Below, piece by piece: positions 21,632 through 31,123 of a stretch of DNA of 42,644 nt (its first letter is position 1; every line of letters starts with the position of its first letter). Made by a program: the position numbers and the translations under genes. Source of the DNA: an uncultured Prolixibacteraceae bacterium (GTDB lineage: Bacteria; Bacteroidota; Bacteroidia; Bacteroidales; FEN-979); contig CAYHCQ010000003.1 in assembly GCA_964355115.1 (NCBI GenBank), positions 1 through 42,644 on the forward strand, read 5' to 3'. The notes under the pieces were generated by a model. It worked only from the letters and a program-made list of their open reading frames with translations. It was not told the DNA's origin and searched no databases.

Positions 21632-24148
21632 TTAGTTTTCTCCCAATAAATTCAGATGTTCTTCAAGGGCTCCCAGGTCCTTAAACCTGACTTCCCTTGC
21701 TTTGGAGCCTTCGAATTGCCCTACAATACCGGCTGCTTCCAACTGGTCGATAATTCGTCCGGCGCGGTTGTAGCCCAGTTTAAGTTTTCTTTGTATCAGT
21801 GAGGTTGAACCATGCTGGTGCTGTACAACAAGTCGTGCTGCTTCTGAAAAGAATTCATCCTTTTCATTGGCATTAAATTCCTTTCCCGATGCTCCGGTCT
21901 CTTCATCATAGTATTCGGGCAGTGCATAGGCTTCCGGGTATCCGCGCTGTGAACCGATAAACTCAGTCACCCTGTCTATTTCAGGTGTGTCAACAAACGC
22001 ACACTGCAGGCGGATCAGGTCGCTGCCGGTCGAGAGGAGCATATCCCCCCGTCCGATCAGCTGGTCGGCGCCGGAAGAGTCGAGGATGGTGCGGGAGTCA
22101 ATTTTCGAAATGACACGGAAAGCAATACGCGCTGGGAAGTTCGCTTTGATTGTACCCGTAATGATGTTGACGGAGGGTCTTTGTGTTGCGATGATCAGGT
22201 GGATCCCTGTGGCCCTGGCCAGCTGGGCGAGGCGGGTCAGGGGTGTCTCGATTTCGCGTCCGGCTGTCATGATCAGGTCGGCAAACTCGTCGATGACCAG
22301 CACGATGTACGGAAGGAAATGATGTCCCTCGTTTGGATTCAGCTTGCGGGTGAAAAATTTTTCGTTATATTCCTTAATATTTCTCACCTGAGCGTCGCGA
22401 AGCAGGTCGTAACGCGCATCCATTTCGATATTAAGCGAATTTAACGTCCGGATCACCTTCTTGGTATCGGTAATAATTGCCTCTTCCGCATCGGGTAACT
22501 TTGCCAGGAAATGGCGCTCAATTTTAGTGTAGAGGCTCAATTCAACCTTTTTCGGATCGATCATCACAAATTTTATCTGCGAAGGATGCTTCTTGTAGAG
22601 CAGCGAAGTGATTATTGTGTTGAGTCCGACGGATTTTCCCTGTCCGGTAGCGCCTGCCATGAGCAGGTGAGGCATTTTGGCAAGATCGGCAATGTAGGTT
22701 TCGTTGGAGATGGTTTTTCCCAATACAAACGGGAGTTCAAAGGAGGTGGTTTTGAACTTCTCTGTGCCTAGCAGCGATTTAATGGAGACGATCTCGGGAT
22801 TCTGATTTGGAACTTCGATGCCGATGGTACCTTTTCCGGGAATCGGTGCAATGATACGGATGCCCATTGCGGCCAGGCTGAGTGCAATGTCATCTTCGAG
22901 ATTTTTTATTCTTGAAATGCGGATCCCGGCATCGGGTACAATTTCATAAAGTGTGACGGCGGGACCGATGGTAGCCTTGATTTTCTGGATACGGATGTCG
23001 TAGTTGGAGAGTGTCTGAACGATTTTATCCTTGTTGGCTTCAAGTTCCTCTTTGCGCACGTTTACCGAATCTCCTCCGTAATCGGCAAGCAGATCGAGCG
23101 GGGGATACTTGTAACTCGACAGATCGAGTGTTGGATCGTAACGGGTGTCGATCGTCTGGTGTTCTATTTTACCATCGCCTGCTATCTCTTCAACCGGTGC
23201 TTCGATCTGCAATTCCAAACCGGAAACAGGTTCGGGTACGGGAGCATATGGACTCGGAAGCTCAAGGTCCACAACATTTTCTTCGGGTTGTGGCTCTTCC
23301 TTCAACTGGTTGAACGGAAATTCAGTTTCAACCGGAACCGGAGTCTCTTGCTGCTTCTGAGAGGTTTCGTCATTTGCAGCAGGTAAAGGGGTTTCGACGG
23401 GAAGCCCTCCTTCTGCTTTTTTATTCATCCAGCGGAAGGGTATATTAAAGCTAAGGATCAGGAAGCTGAGACAGGTGAATCCAAGCAACATCGCCAGCCC
23501 TGAGGTTCCCAGGAACTCGACCAGCCAGAGATTCATCTGGTACCCATAAACACCGCTCAGGATGTCGTTCCCGGGTATAAGAAGCCCGAGGGCAACAGGA
23601 ATCCAGATGATGCCAAAGAAGCAATGCTCAAGGGTCTTCCAAACCGGAAAAATCCGGATGTGGAAAAACTGTTTCATCCCCGTATTGAAAAAAACGACGA
23701 TAAACAGGAAGGAGGCAACTCCGAACCATTTTGAGATGAAGAGGCACCCCGTGAGTGCACCCAGTTTTCCCATCCAGTTTTCCACCGGGATTTTATTGTC
23801 GAAGAAGGTTGCAACAGTGAAGTGCTTGAAAATCGTATCGGTGAAACTGAAATCCGACTTCCAGGTGAGAATGTATGAGGTAAAGGAAAACAGGAGGTAA
23901 AAGGCAAACAAAATAAAAAAAAGACCCAGAACCCTGTACCGCTGTTCGAGTTTGGCAATCTCTTCCTCCGTCCGTACTTTTTTCTCCCGGGGAGGTTTGA
24001 CAGGCTTTTGCTTTTTTTCTTTCTCCCTGATCTCTTTGGCAGCCTTCTCCTTTTTGCCGGTTGCCGGACTGCTTTCAGCAGGGATGTTCTCCTCAACCGG
24101 GTCTTCCCTGAGGGTGTTGGTTCTAAACGGGTTGTTCTGTTTGGCCAT
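21632..24148 (-). CDS. ftsK: DNA translocase FtsK
   Basis: 838 aa with N-terminal TM helices, a Walker A GATGQGKS, and a C-terminal gamma domain (QRKLKLGYNRAGRIIDQLE). Confidence 0.95.
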   Translation of the reverse strand: MAKQNNPFRTNTLREDPVEENIPAESSPATGKKEKAAKEIREKEKKQKPVKPPREKKVRTEEEIAKLEQRYRVLGLFFILFAFYLLFSFTSYILTWKSDFSFTDTIFKHFTVATFFDNKIPVENWMGKLGALTGCLFISKWFGVASFLFIVVFFNTGMKQFFHIRIFPVWKTLEHCFFGIIWIPVALGLLIPGNDILSGVYGYQMNLWLVEFLGTSGLAMLLGFTCLSFLILSFNIPFRWMNKKAEGGLPVETPLPAANDETSQKQQETPVPVETEFPFNQLKEEPQPEENVVDLELPSPYAPVPEPVSGLELQIEAPVEEIAGDGKIEHQTIDTRYDPTLDLSSYKYPPLDLLADYGGDSVNVRKEELEANKDKIVQTLSNYDIRIQKIKATIGPAVTLYEIVPDAGIRISRIKNLEDDIALSLAAMGIRIIAPIPGKGTIGIEVPNQNPEIVSIKSLLGTEKFKTTSFELPFVLGKTISNETYIADLAKMPHLLMAGATGQGKSVGLNTIITSLLYKKHPSQIKFVMIDPKKVELSLYTKIERHFLAKLPDAEEAIITDTKKVIRTLNSLNIEMDARYDLLRDAQVRNIKEYNEKFFTRKLNPNEGHHFLPYIVLVIDEFADLIMTAGREIETPLTRLAQLARATGIHLIIATQRPSVNIITGTIKANFPARIAFRVISKIDSRTILDSSGADQLIGRGDMLLSTGSDLIRLQCAFVDTPEIDRVTEFIGSQRGYPEAYALPEYYDEETGASGKEFNANEKDEFFSEAARLVVQHQHGSTSLIQRKLKLGYNRAGRIIDQLEAAGIVGQFEGSKAREVRFKDLGALEEHLNLLGEN

Positions 24149-24153
24149 AAGGG

Positions 24154-24837
24154 TTATTCCATTCCGCCACCAAACTTGCTTCTGAGTTCTTCTTTTGTTG
24201 TAAGCGTATAGTCTGCCGGGATTTCAAATTCTTTACTGGCAATCGTCTTTTTCTCTATAGAAGTGGCTGTAAACTTCATGCTGATTTGGGGGGTCTTCAT
24301 CGAGAACTCCAGCAGGGCGCCATCAATGTCCTTATATATCGGATTGTCAAAATTAGCAAGTTTTGAACCCAACTCAGCTGAATAGAAAACTTCAAATGTT
24401 GTTTTTACACCGTCATCATCTTGTGTAACAATGGCTTTTTTACAGTTGTAACCTGCAATAACACGGGTTTCTGCCGCGATCTCCACCGTAGCTTTGGGCT
24501 CCTTGGCATTCTCCTTTTCAATCTCCTCTGCCGACTGCTTGATGGCGTATTTCTGGCCCATCATGCTGATCAGAGCGACTTTGGTTTTATCGGTATAATC
24601 GGAGATCTCAATCTGGCTGCCCATGTTTGTCTGGTATTCGGTTTTGGATTTGGTTCCTTTTACCATTACCGTCACGATCTTGGGGAACATGGCCAGCTGG
24701 CTTTCGGTGTATTTGCTGTCGGGATAGGTGATCTTATAGGTGATAACACCTTCGAAGGGCTTGCCGGCATAGGTGTTGAATGAACCGAGCAAAATTGCGG
24801 TGAAGGCAATGGTGAAAATAAAAAGTACCTTTTTCAT
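24154..24837 (-). CDS. Hypothetical secreted protein (possibly DUF4412-like)
   Basis: It has a signal peptide MKKVLFIFTIAFTAILLGSFNTYA. I prefer the internal ATG at 24837 over 24870. The family assignment is from memory only. Confidence 0.6.
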   Translation of the reverse strand: MKKVLFIFTIAFTAILLGSFNTYAGKPFEGVITYKITYPDSKYTESQLAMFPKIVTVMVKGTKSKTEYQTNMGSQIEISDYTDKTKVALISMMGQKYAIKQSAEEIEKENAKEPKATVEIAAETRVIAGYNCKKAIVTQDDDGVKTTFEVFYSAELGSKLANFDNPIYKDIDGALLEFSMKTPQISMKFTATSIEKKTIASKEFEIPADYTLTTKEELRSKFGGGME

Positions 24838-24909
24838 AGCTGTGACTATTTTTTTAAATGTTAAACTCATGAGTGGATATCAGCATCTGCTGAGCAATTA
24901 CAAATTTAA

Positions 24910-26424
24910 TTATTTTACAATCCGGAGTAACTTGCTCCAGCGGATTTTTCCATCGAACAACGACTTGTTGGGATCCAGTGAAAGCCAGACAAAGACTGCC
25001 TTTCCTACCACATGGTCATCGGGAACAAACCCCCAGTAACGGGAATCGGCGGAGTTATGCCGGTTATCGCCCATCATCCAGAAGTAGTTCATTTTAAAGG
25101 TGTACTCAACTGTCTCTTTCCCATTGATGAATATTTTGCCTTCACGCAGGTCGAGGGTATTGCCTTCAAACACCGTAATGATGCGTTTGTAGAGATTGAT
25201 GTTCTCCATGTTAAGTTTTACCGTGGCTCCGGATTTAGGTACCCAGACAGGACCGAAATTATCAACATTCCAGGGGTGCAGCGAGTCGAAGGGAAAGATG
25301 TCCTGGTCCCAGGCTCCGGCAGGCTGTATGATGGGTTCGATGGAGGTGACATTGGCAAATTGCCTGAGCTTTTCTGCGGAGGTTTCCGACAGGGTAAGTT
25401 CATAGGTGCCATTGTTGTCAGTTGCTATGTTCTCGGTGATGTCGAGTTTTTCAAAATTTTTCTGATTGATAGGACTGCCGTCGGTTTTAACAGTGTATTT
25501 AAACTGTCTCCTGCCCGGATTCTGCTCCTCTTTGCCATTAATGTAAACCTTACGGTCAACAATCCGGATTGAATCACCTGCAATTCCGATACAGCGTTTA
25601 ATGAAATTCTCCCGCTTGTCGACCGGTCGTGCAATGATGTCGCCAATATACTGTTTGTTGTTCCACACCTCATCACGGCCAAGCCTGCGTACCAGTTGGT
25701 AATAGCTGATATTACTCTGCAATTTTGATGAAAGTGTGTCGCCATCGGGATAATTAAATACAACAACATCCATGTTGCGAACAGGGGCCAGCCCCGGGAA
25801 ACGGTAATAGGGGAGCGCAATCCATTCAAGATAGGATTTCGTGCTTTCCGAAAGGGGCAGTGTGTGGTGCACAAAAGGGAATGCAAGGGGGGTATTGGGA
25901 ACTTTCGGACCGTAGCTAACCTTACTCACAAAAAGATAATCGCCAACAAGGAGGGTTTTTTCCATGGAGGATGTAGGAATGGTATAGGCCTCGATGAGGA
26001 AAATCCGGATAATGCTCGCAGCAATTACCGCAAAGATGATGGCATCCAGCCACTCACGTGTAGCCGATTTAATAACAGGCGGCTGCTTTGTGGGATCAGC
26101 ATATTGCTCTTTGGGAGAGAATCCCAGCCAGGGCAGGTAAAAAAACGGAAACAACACCCCGAGTGCCTGATCAAGAAGCCCGTGCTTTTTAAAGCACTTC
26201 AGGATTTCAACGATCATTAGCAGGATGACAAATACATTGATGAAAGGAACAAGCAGAAAAATATACCACCACAGGGGTTTCTTAATGATCTGCAGCCAGA
26301 CGTACCAGTTATAAAACGGTATGAGGACTTTCCATCCTTTTTCACCGGCTTTTTCGAAAATTCCCCACAATCCGGCCAGAGAGAGTATGAAAAAGAGAAG
26401 GGTAATGAGCATGTACAGGTTCAT
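24910..26424 (-). CDS. lepB: Signal peptidase I with N-terminal membrane extension
   Basis: 504 aa with SMEKTLLVGDYLFVSK (catalytic Ser box) and GDNRHNSADSRYWGFVP. Confidence 0.9.
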   Translation of the reverse strand: MNLYMLITLLFFILSLAGLWGIFEKAGEKGWKVLIPFYNWYVWLQIIKKPLWWYIFLLVPFINVFVILLMIVEILKCFKKHGLLDQALGVLFPFFYLPWLGFSPKEQYADPTKQPPVIKSATREWLDAIIFAVIAASIIRIFLIEAYTIPTSSMEKTLLVGDYLFVSKVSYGPKVPNTPLAFPFVHHTLPLSESTKSYLEWIALPYYRFPGLAPVRNMDVVVFNYPDGDTLSSKLQSNISYYQLVRRLGRDEVWNNKQYIGDIIARPVDKRENFIKRCIGIAGDSIRIVDRKVYINGKEEQNPGRRQFKYTVKTDGSPINQKNFEKLDITENIATDNNGTYELTLSETSAEKLRQFANVTSIEPIIQPAGAWDQDIFPFDSLHPWNVDNFGPVWVPKSGATVKLNMENINLYKRIITVFEGNTLDLREGKIFINGKETVEYTFKMNYFWMMGDNRHNSADSRYWGFVPDDHVVGKAVFVWLSLDPNKSLFDGKIRWSKLLRIVK

Positions 26425-26489
26425 AGGGTGGTTGTTTGTCTTAATCTAACGGAGAATCAATGTTTTTCTTGTTGCCAGCTGGTGATTTA

Positions 26490-27206
26490 TTAAGACTCCA
26501 GCAGATCTTTCATCTCAAAGAAGCCTTTTTTACCCGGGAGCCACTCTGCCGCCATAACGGCTCCCATTGCGAAACCTTTGCGGCTCTTGGCAGAATGTAT
26601 GATGGAAATACTGTCGTCTTCGGATTCATATCTTACCACATGAGTGCCGGGTACATTTTCGGTACGGTACGATTTAATACTTAGCTCTTCAGGATTTTCT
26701 ACTGTTTCATTAACCCATTTTTCCTTGCGCTCCGAGGTTCTTATAATATCGTTTGCCAGAACAATGGCTGTTCCGCTGGGAGCATCCTGCTTGTGAATAT
26801 GGTGTGTCTCCTCGATAGAGATTTCGTAATCGCTCCATCCCGACATAAGGCTGGCGAGGTGCCTGTTCAGTGAAAAAAACAGGTTGACCCCAACGCTGAA
26901 ATTGGGCGAATAAAACAAGGTATTGTTTCCTTCGGTACAATCGCGCTTTACCTTTTCGAACTCATCGAGCCAGCCTGTTGTGCCTGTCACAAGCGGTACG
27001 CCGGCATTAAAACAGTTATAGATATTATCGAGAATGCTGTCGCGTGTCGAAAAATCGATGGCTACATCCGCCTCAGGGAGTCTGGCCCCCTCATTCTCCC
27101 AATCCTCAATCCGGTCGAAGATGAGGATAATTTCATGTCCCCTTTTTGTGGCTAGTTTTTCGATCTCCTGACCCATTTTGCCATATCCGATGAGTGCTAT
27201 CTTCAT
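26490..27206 (-). CDS. dapB: 4-hydroxy-tetrahydrodipicolinate reductase
   Basis: The start MKIALIGYGKMGQ is at 27206. The ORF-track start at 27377 overlaps the upstream gene and adds a non-homologous extension. It has a GTTGW motif. Confidence 0.85.
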   Translation of the reverse strand: MKIALIGYGKMGQEIEKLATKRGHEIILIFDRIEDWENEGARLPEADVAIDFSTRDSILDNIYNCFNAGVPLVTGTTGWLDEFEKVKRDCTEGNNTLFYSPNFSVGVNLFFSLNRHLASLMSGWSDYEISIEETHHIHKQDAPSGTAIVLANDIIRTSERKEKWVNETVENPEELSIKSYRTENVPGTHVVRYESEDDSISIIHSAKSRKGFAMGAVMAAEWLPGKKGFFEMKDLLES

Positions 27207-27220
27207 AGTGTAAATGATAG

Positions 27221-27790
27221 TTAAAAATTCAGACTGAGTTTTATTCCTGCCGAAGTCCGTCCGGTAATTCCAACCGGCTGAAACGAAGGGCCGGCCTTGA
27301 ATGTCAACCTGTCGCTGATGTTGAAGGTGGAAAGATGTGCATCGACAGTTGCATCCAGAATTTGAAGAGCATACCACACGGCTGTGATGAGACAGCTGAT
27401 TTCAAGGTTTCTCTGGTAATACTCCCTTGCCGAGAGCAGTTCGTCTGTTGTGTATTTCTGCGTAAGGTTTGAATAATTTCCGTTCATGTTGCCGCCGGAG
27501 GATTCAATATATGCACATTTGTAAGTGAGATATTCGTCGGCATTGAATACAATAAAGTAGGTCATTATCCCAAGTCCTGCGTAAATTATGGGAACCTTCC
27601 AGTATTTTTTATTGTAAGCCTGGCCCAGTCCGGGCAGAACCGCTGACATTATCGTCGCCTTGGTTGGAGAATGCTCCTTCTCTCTTATTGAATCGGCAAG
27701 TTCAATGTAGGTTGTATCGTTCTGAGCGAGGCAATAAGAAGGTGCCATGAACAGCACGGAAAGAAAAACCAAAGGAAGAAGTAGCTTCAT
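27221..27790 (-). CDS. DUF5683-like membrane protein
   Basis: 189 aa with a signal peptide and SAVLPGLGQAYNKKYWKVPIIY. The position between parB and dapB is conserved in Bacteroidota. Confidence 0.7.
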   Translation of the reverse strand: MKLLLPLVFLSVLFMAPSYCLAQNDTTYIELADSIREKEHSPTKATIMSAVLPGLGQAYNKKYWKVPIIYAGLGIMTYFIVFNADEYLTYKCAYIESSGGNMNGNYSNLTQKYTTDELLSAREYYQRNLEISCLITAVWYALQILDATVDAHLSTFNISDRLTFKAGPSFQPVGITGRTSAGIKLSLNF

Positions 27791-28684
27791 TTAGGACTCA
27801 AGTTTGGAAACGATCCTGTCGAAATCCTCATCCGATTTAAAAGTGATGATAATGGAGCCTCTCCCTTTGTTGTTCAACTTTACCTCAACAGGGGAGTTAA
27901 GATGGCCGGCCAGGTTTTCCATGGCCTTTTCGAAACGGGAAGGCAGAGGAGCATGAGTGGCAGGTTGTTTAACCAATTTAGGAGTAAGTATCTCACGAGC
28001 CATCTCTTCGACCTGGCGAACAGAAAGCTTTTGTTCGAGAATCCTCTGAAGGATCAGAAGTTGTGATGCTTCATTGTCGACATTGATAATGGCCCGTGCA
28101 TGACCCATGGTAATCAGGGTGTCGCGCACAGCAAGCTGGATTTCAGCCGGGAGTTTCAGCAACCGGATGTAATTGGAAATCGTCGAACGGTCTTTCCCAA
28201 CTTTCTGGCTAAGTTCTTCCTGTTTGATATTACACTCTTCGAGCAGTCTCTGGAAACTGATGGCTATTTCGAGAGGGTTCAGCTCCGACCGCTGAATATT
28301 TTCAACCAGGGCCATTTCGAGCATCTGTTCGTCATTGGCCAGTCTTACATAGGAAGGAACTTCGGTGAGTCCGGCAATGATCGAAGCTTTGAGCCGCCTT
28401 TCGCCGGCAATGATCTGGTATTTGTCGTGGCTCAGCTTTCTGAGGGTAAGTGGCTGGATTATACCTTGCTGCTGAATCGACATCGCCAGTTCAGCCAGTT
28501 CCGTCTCGTTAAAATGGGTCCTGGGCTGAAATGGGTTGGCCTCGATCTGAGAGATGGGAATATGAGTGACCGACCCTGCCGGGTAATCTGCGGATATTTC
28601 ATGGGATCTCTCCGACTCCGGGTTGTCGAGAAGGGCGCTCAGCCCACGTCCCAGGGCTTTCTTTTTGCCGTGGATGTCAGACAT
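27791..28684 (-). CDS. parB: Chromosome partitioning protein ParB
   Basis: 297 aa with ANPFQPR, IIAGERRLKAS and an HTH segment. It overlaps parA by 8 nt. Confidence 0.95.
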   Translation of the reverse strand: MSDIHGKKKALGRGLSALLDNPESERSHEISADYPAGSVTHIPISQIEANPFQPRTHFNETELAELAMSIQQQGIIQPLTLRKLSHDKYQIIAGERRLKASIIAGLTEVPSYVRLANDEQMLEMALVENIQRSELNPLEIAISFQRLLEECNIKQEELSQKVGKDRSTISNYIRLLKLPAEIQLAVRDTLITMGHARAIINVDNEASQLLILQRILEQKLSVRQVEEMAREILTPKLVKQPATHAPLPSRFEKAMENLAGHLNSPVEVKLNNKGRGSIIITFKSDEDFDRIVSKLES

Positions 28685-29480
28685 TAATCTCTTTTTCTGC
28701 GTTTGTCAGCTTGGTAAGGTCGTTATTTTGCAAAATTTCGCGGGCAAAATTGAGGTAGTTGATCGCCCCTGTGCTGTTTATGTCGTGCATCATGATGCTG
28801 ATGCCGAAACTGGGCGCTTCACTCAACTTCGTATTGCGGTTGATTATAGTACGGAATACCATCTGCTGAAAATGGGTCTTAACCTCATCCACCACCTGTT
28901 TTGCCAGGTTCAGGCGGTTGTCGTACATGGTCAGCAGGATGCCTTCGATGTCGAGTGCCGGATTGAGCCGGGTCTGGACAATTTTAATTGTGTTAAGCAG
29001 TTTTCCAAGCCCTTCGAGTGCGAAATACTCACATTGAACAGGAATGATGACCGAATCAGCAGCTGTAAGAGAATTTACTGTGATCAGGCCAAGAGAGGGA
29101 GAGCAGTCGATGATAATGAAATCATAATTGTCCTTTATCATGGCGATCACCTTACGCATCATCTTCTCCCTGTTCGGAAGGTTGATCATCTCAATTTCCG
29201 CTCCAACCAGGTCAATATGGGCAGGCAGAAGATCAAGAAATGGTGTGGAGGTATTGAGGATGATATTTCTGGGATCTACATCATCAATAATACATTCGTA
29301 GATACTGGTCTTGATATTTCTCGGGTCGAACCCTACTCCTGAAGTCGCGTTGGCCTGCGGATCGGCATCAATGATAAGCGTTTTGTGCTCGAGTACAGCA
29401 AGACCGGCGGCCAGGTTAATGGCAGTGGTTGTCTTGCCGACCCCACCTTTTTGATTTGCAATTGCTATTACTTTCCCCAT
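28677..29480 (-). CDS. parA: Chromosome partitioning ATPase ParA/Soj
   Basis: 267 aa with the deviant Walker A NQKGGVGKTTT. Confidence 0.95.
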   Translation of the reverse strand: MGKVIAIANQKGGVGKTTTAINLAAGLAVLEHKTLIIDADPQANATSGVGFDPRNIKTSIYECIIDDVDPRNIILNTSTPFLDLLPAHIDLVGAEIEMINLPNREKMMRKVIAMIKDNYDFIIIDCSPSLGLITVNSLTAADSVIIPVQCEYFALEGLGKLLNTIKIVQTRLNPALDIEGILLTMYDNRLNLAKQVVDEVKTHFQQMVFRTIINRNTKLSEAPSFGISIMMHDINSTGAINYLNFAREILQNNDLTKLTNAEKEINV

Positions 29481-29534
29481 TCTGATTTTTATACAAGGTC
29501 ACAAAATTACACCGAAATAACTATCCCGTAGAGG

Positions 29535-29918
29535 CTAATTCGTATCGCTGTCTGTGTTGAGGTCTTCAAACTCAAGGGTAGAGTGCTTGGTCTTTACCTC
29601 AATATCGTCGAATTCATAGGTGGATTCAGTATCTGTTTCCGGATGAATGGGAGCCTTTCCGGTACGGATAAATTCAACAGCATCATTCAGACCAACAGCG
29701 AATTTTTCAAAGTCCTCCTTGTAGAGAAAGAGTTTATGTTTTTCATAGAAAAACTTTCCCTGTTCGTTGTTGAATCTGCGCTTACTTTCCGTTATGGTAA
29801 GATAGAACTCTTCGCCAATGGTGGCTTTTACATCAAAAAAATAAGTCCTTTTTCCAGCCCGAACCGCCCGTGAAAAAATTTCTCCCCGCTCTCTTTCCTT
29901 GTTTTCAATATCTTCCAT
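29535..29918 (-). CDS. PUR-alpha-like DNA/RNA-binding protein (DUF3276 family)
   Basis: It has VRAGKRTYFFDVKAT...YLTITESKRRF. I prefer the ATG at 29918 (MEDIENKE) over 29957. Confidence 0.7.
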   Translation of the reverse strand: MEDIENKERERGEIFSRAVRAGKRTYFFDVKATIGEEFYLTITESKRRFNNEQGKFFYEKHKLFLYKEDFEKFAVGLNDAVEFIRTGKAPIHPETDTESTYEFDDIEVKTKHSTLEFEDLNTDSDTN

Positions 29919-30016
29919 TGTACAGTAGTAATTGTTTAGTAGACTAACCTCCATCAATTCGATGAACGCAAAAATAAAATAATTATTTGAAAACCAAATT
30001 TTATTTATGAATTACG

Positions 30017-30024
30017 TAGCTTTG
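30017..30024 (+). promoter_or_regulatory. Candidate -7 box (TAGCTTTG) for nusB
   Basis: It matches TAnnTTTG, 47 nt upstream of the ATG at 30072. This is a motif match only. Confidence 0.3.
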
Positions 30025-30071
30025 CAGCCCGTTATAACGCACAAGTCTATGTTCTTATTCATACATTTTTT

Positions 30072-31034
30072 ATGCTAGGCCGACGACATTTCCGGATCAA
30101 AGTACTCCAGTCACTTTATGCCTATTTCCTGGGAGGTGAAGCGCGGATCGAAGTGGCAGAGAAAAATCTGTTGCTCAGCATCGACAAGGTGTATGAATTG
30201 TACTTCCTTCAATTGTCATTTCTGCTTGAGGTTATCCATTTCTATAAATTCAGAATGGAGGAATCCAAAAGCAAGTTTTTTCCCACCGACGAGGAGTTGA
30301 ATCCCAGTCAGAAACTGCTTGAGAACAGGGTGATCGTGCAACTTCAGCAGAACAGGGAGATTGCTGATATGATTGCGCGGTACAAGATATCCTGGACAGA
30401 GGAGCAGGAAATGGTTAGGAAGGTGCAGCAGAAGCTGAAAACCAGTAAAGACCTGACGGATTACATCAATTCAGGCGTCAGTTCGTTTGAAGAGGATCAG
30501 GATTTTGCCGGTAAGCTGTTCCGTAAATTTATTGTCAAATCCGGCGACCTGGAGTCATTCTGCGAGGAGCGCAATATCCACTGGGCCGACGACTACGATG
30601 TGGCTGCGATTTTTATCCTCAAGAGCTTCAAGCTGATGAACGTGAACTTTTCGGAGCGTGATTCTTTGCCGGGATTGTTGACCAAGGACTCGGGTACCGA
30701 TGAAGCCGACGATCGCAAATTCCTGCTCGACCTTTTCCGGAAGACGATAAAACACAGCGAAGAGTTTGAAAAGCTCATCGATGCGCGCACAAAGAACTGG
30801 GAACTGGAGCGTATAGCCTTGACCGATATCATACTGATAAAAATGGCTCTTGCGGAATTTTTACATTTTTCGCAGATTCCGGTAAAGGTGACAATGAATG
30901 AGTATATCGAGATATCGAAGGAGTTCAGTTCGGTTAAAAGCAAGTCTTTTATCAATGGAATTCTTGATAAACTGGTGACCGATCTCACTGAAGACAAGAA
31001 GATTAAGAAAACCGGTAGAGGACTGATGACCTAA
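30072..31034 (+). CDS. nusB: Transcription antitermination factor NusB (long Bacteroidota form)
   Basis: 320 aa with an N-terminus RRHFRIKVLQSLYAY and a C-terminal NusB fold segment (ERIALTDIILIKMALAEF...EYIEISKEFS...SFINGILD). Confidence 0.85.
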   Translation: MLGRRHFRIKVLQSLYAYFLGGEARIEVAEKNLLLSIDKVYELYFLQLSFLLEVIHFYKFRMEESKSKFFPTDEELNPSQKLLENRVIVQLQQNREIADMIARYKISWTEEQEMVRKVQQKLKTSKDLTDYINSGVSSFEEDQDFAGKLFRKFIVKSGDLESFCEERNIHWADDYDVAAIFILKSFKLMNVNFSERDSLPGLLTKDSGTDEADDRKFLLDLFRKTIKHSEEFEKLIDARTKNWELERIALTDIILIKMALAEFLHFSQIPVKVTMNEYIEISKEFSSVKSKSFINGILDKLVTDLTEDKKIKKTGRGLMT

Positions 31035-31123
31035 TCCGGAATTTGCTGTTGCCATAATATTTTCCAGGGCAAAATATTTCCTCAATTCGGTCGTTTAGTT
31101 AACTATAAACCAAAAGAGAGATC

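Noticed and set aside
26490-27377. ORF-track N-terminal extensions of dapB (to 27377), recF (33056), clpX (41279), truA (18223), E2 (37325), the PUR-like gene (29957) and the secreted proteins (24870, 39945)
   Set aside because: The extensions overlap upstream genes or precede the conserved family N-terminus or signal peptide. Internal ATGs give canonical N-termini, so I adjusted the starts.
28623-29342. Long antisense ORFs (also 8881..9399, 25012..25572, 35277..36026, 40308..41207)
   Set aside because: Each lies opposite a gene with unambiguous family motifs: parA, hydA2/hydB2, lepB, the exonuclease/E2 genes and clpX. Their translations are low-complexity and lack motifs, so I treat them as shadow ORFs.
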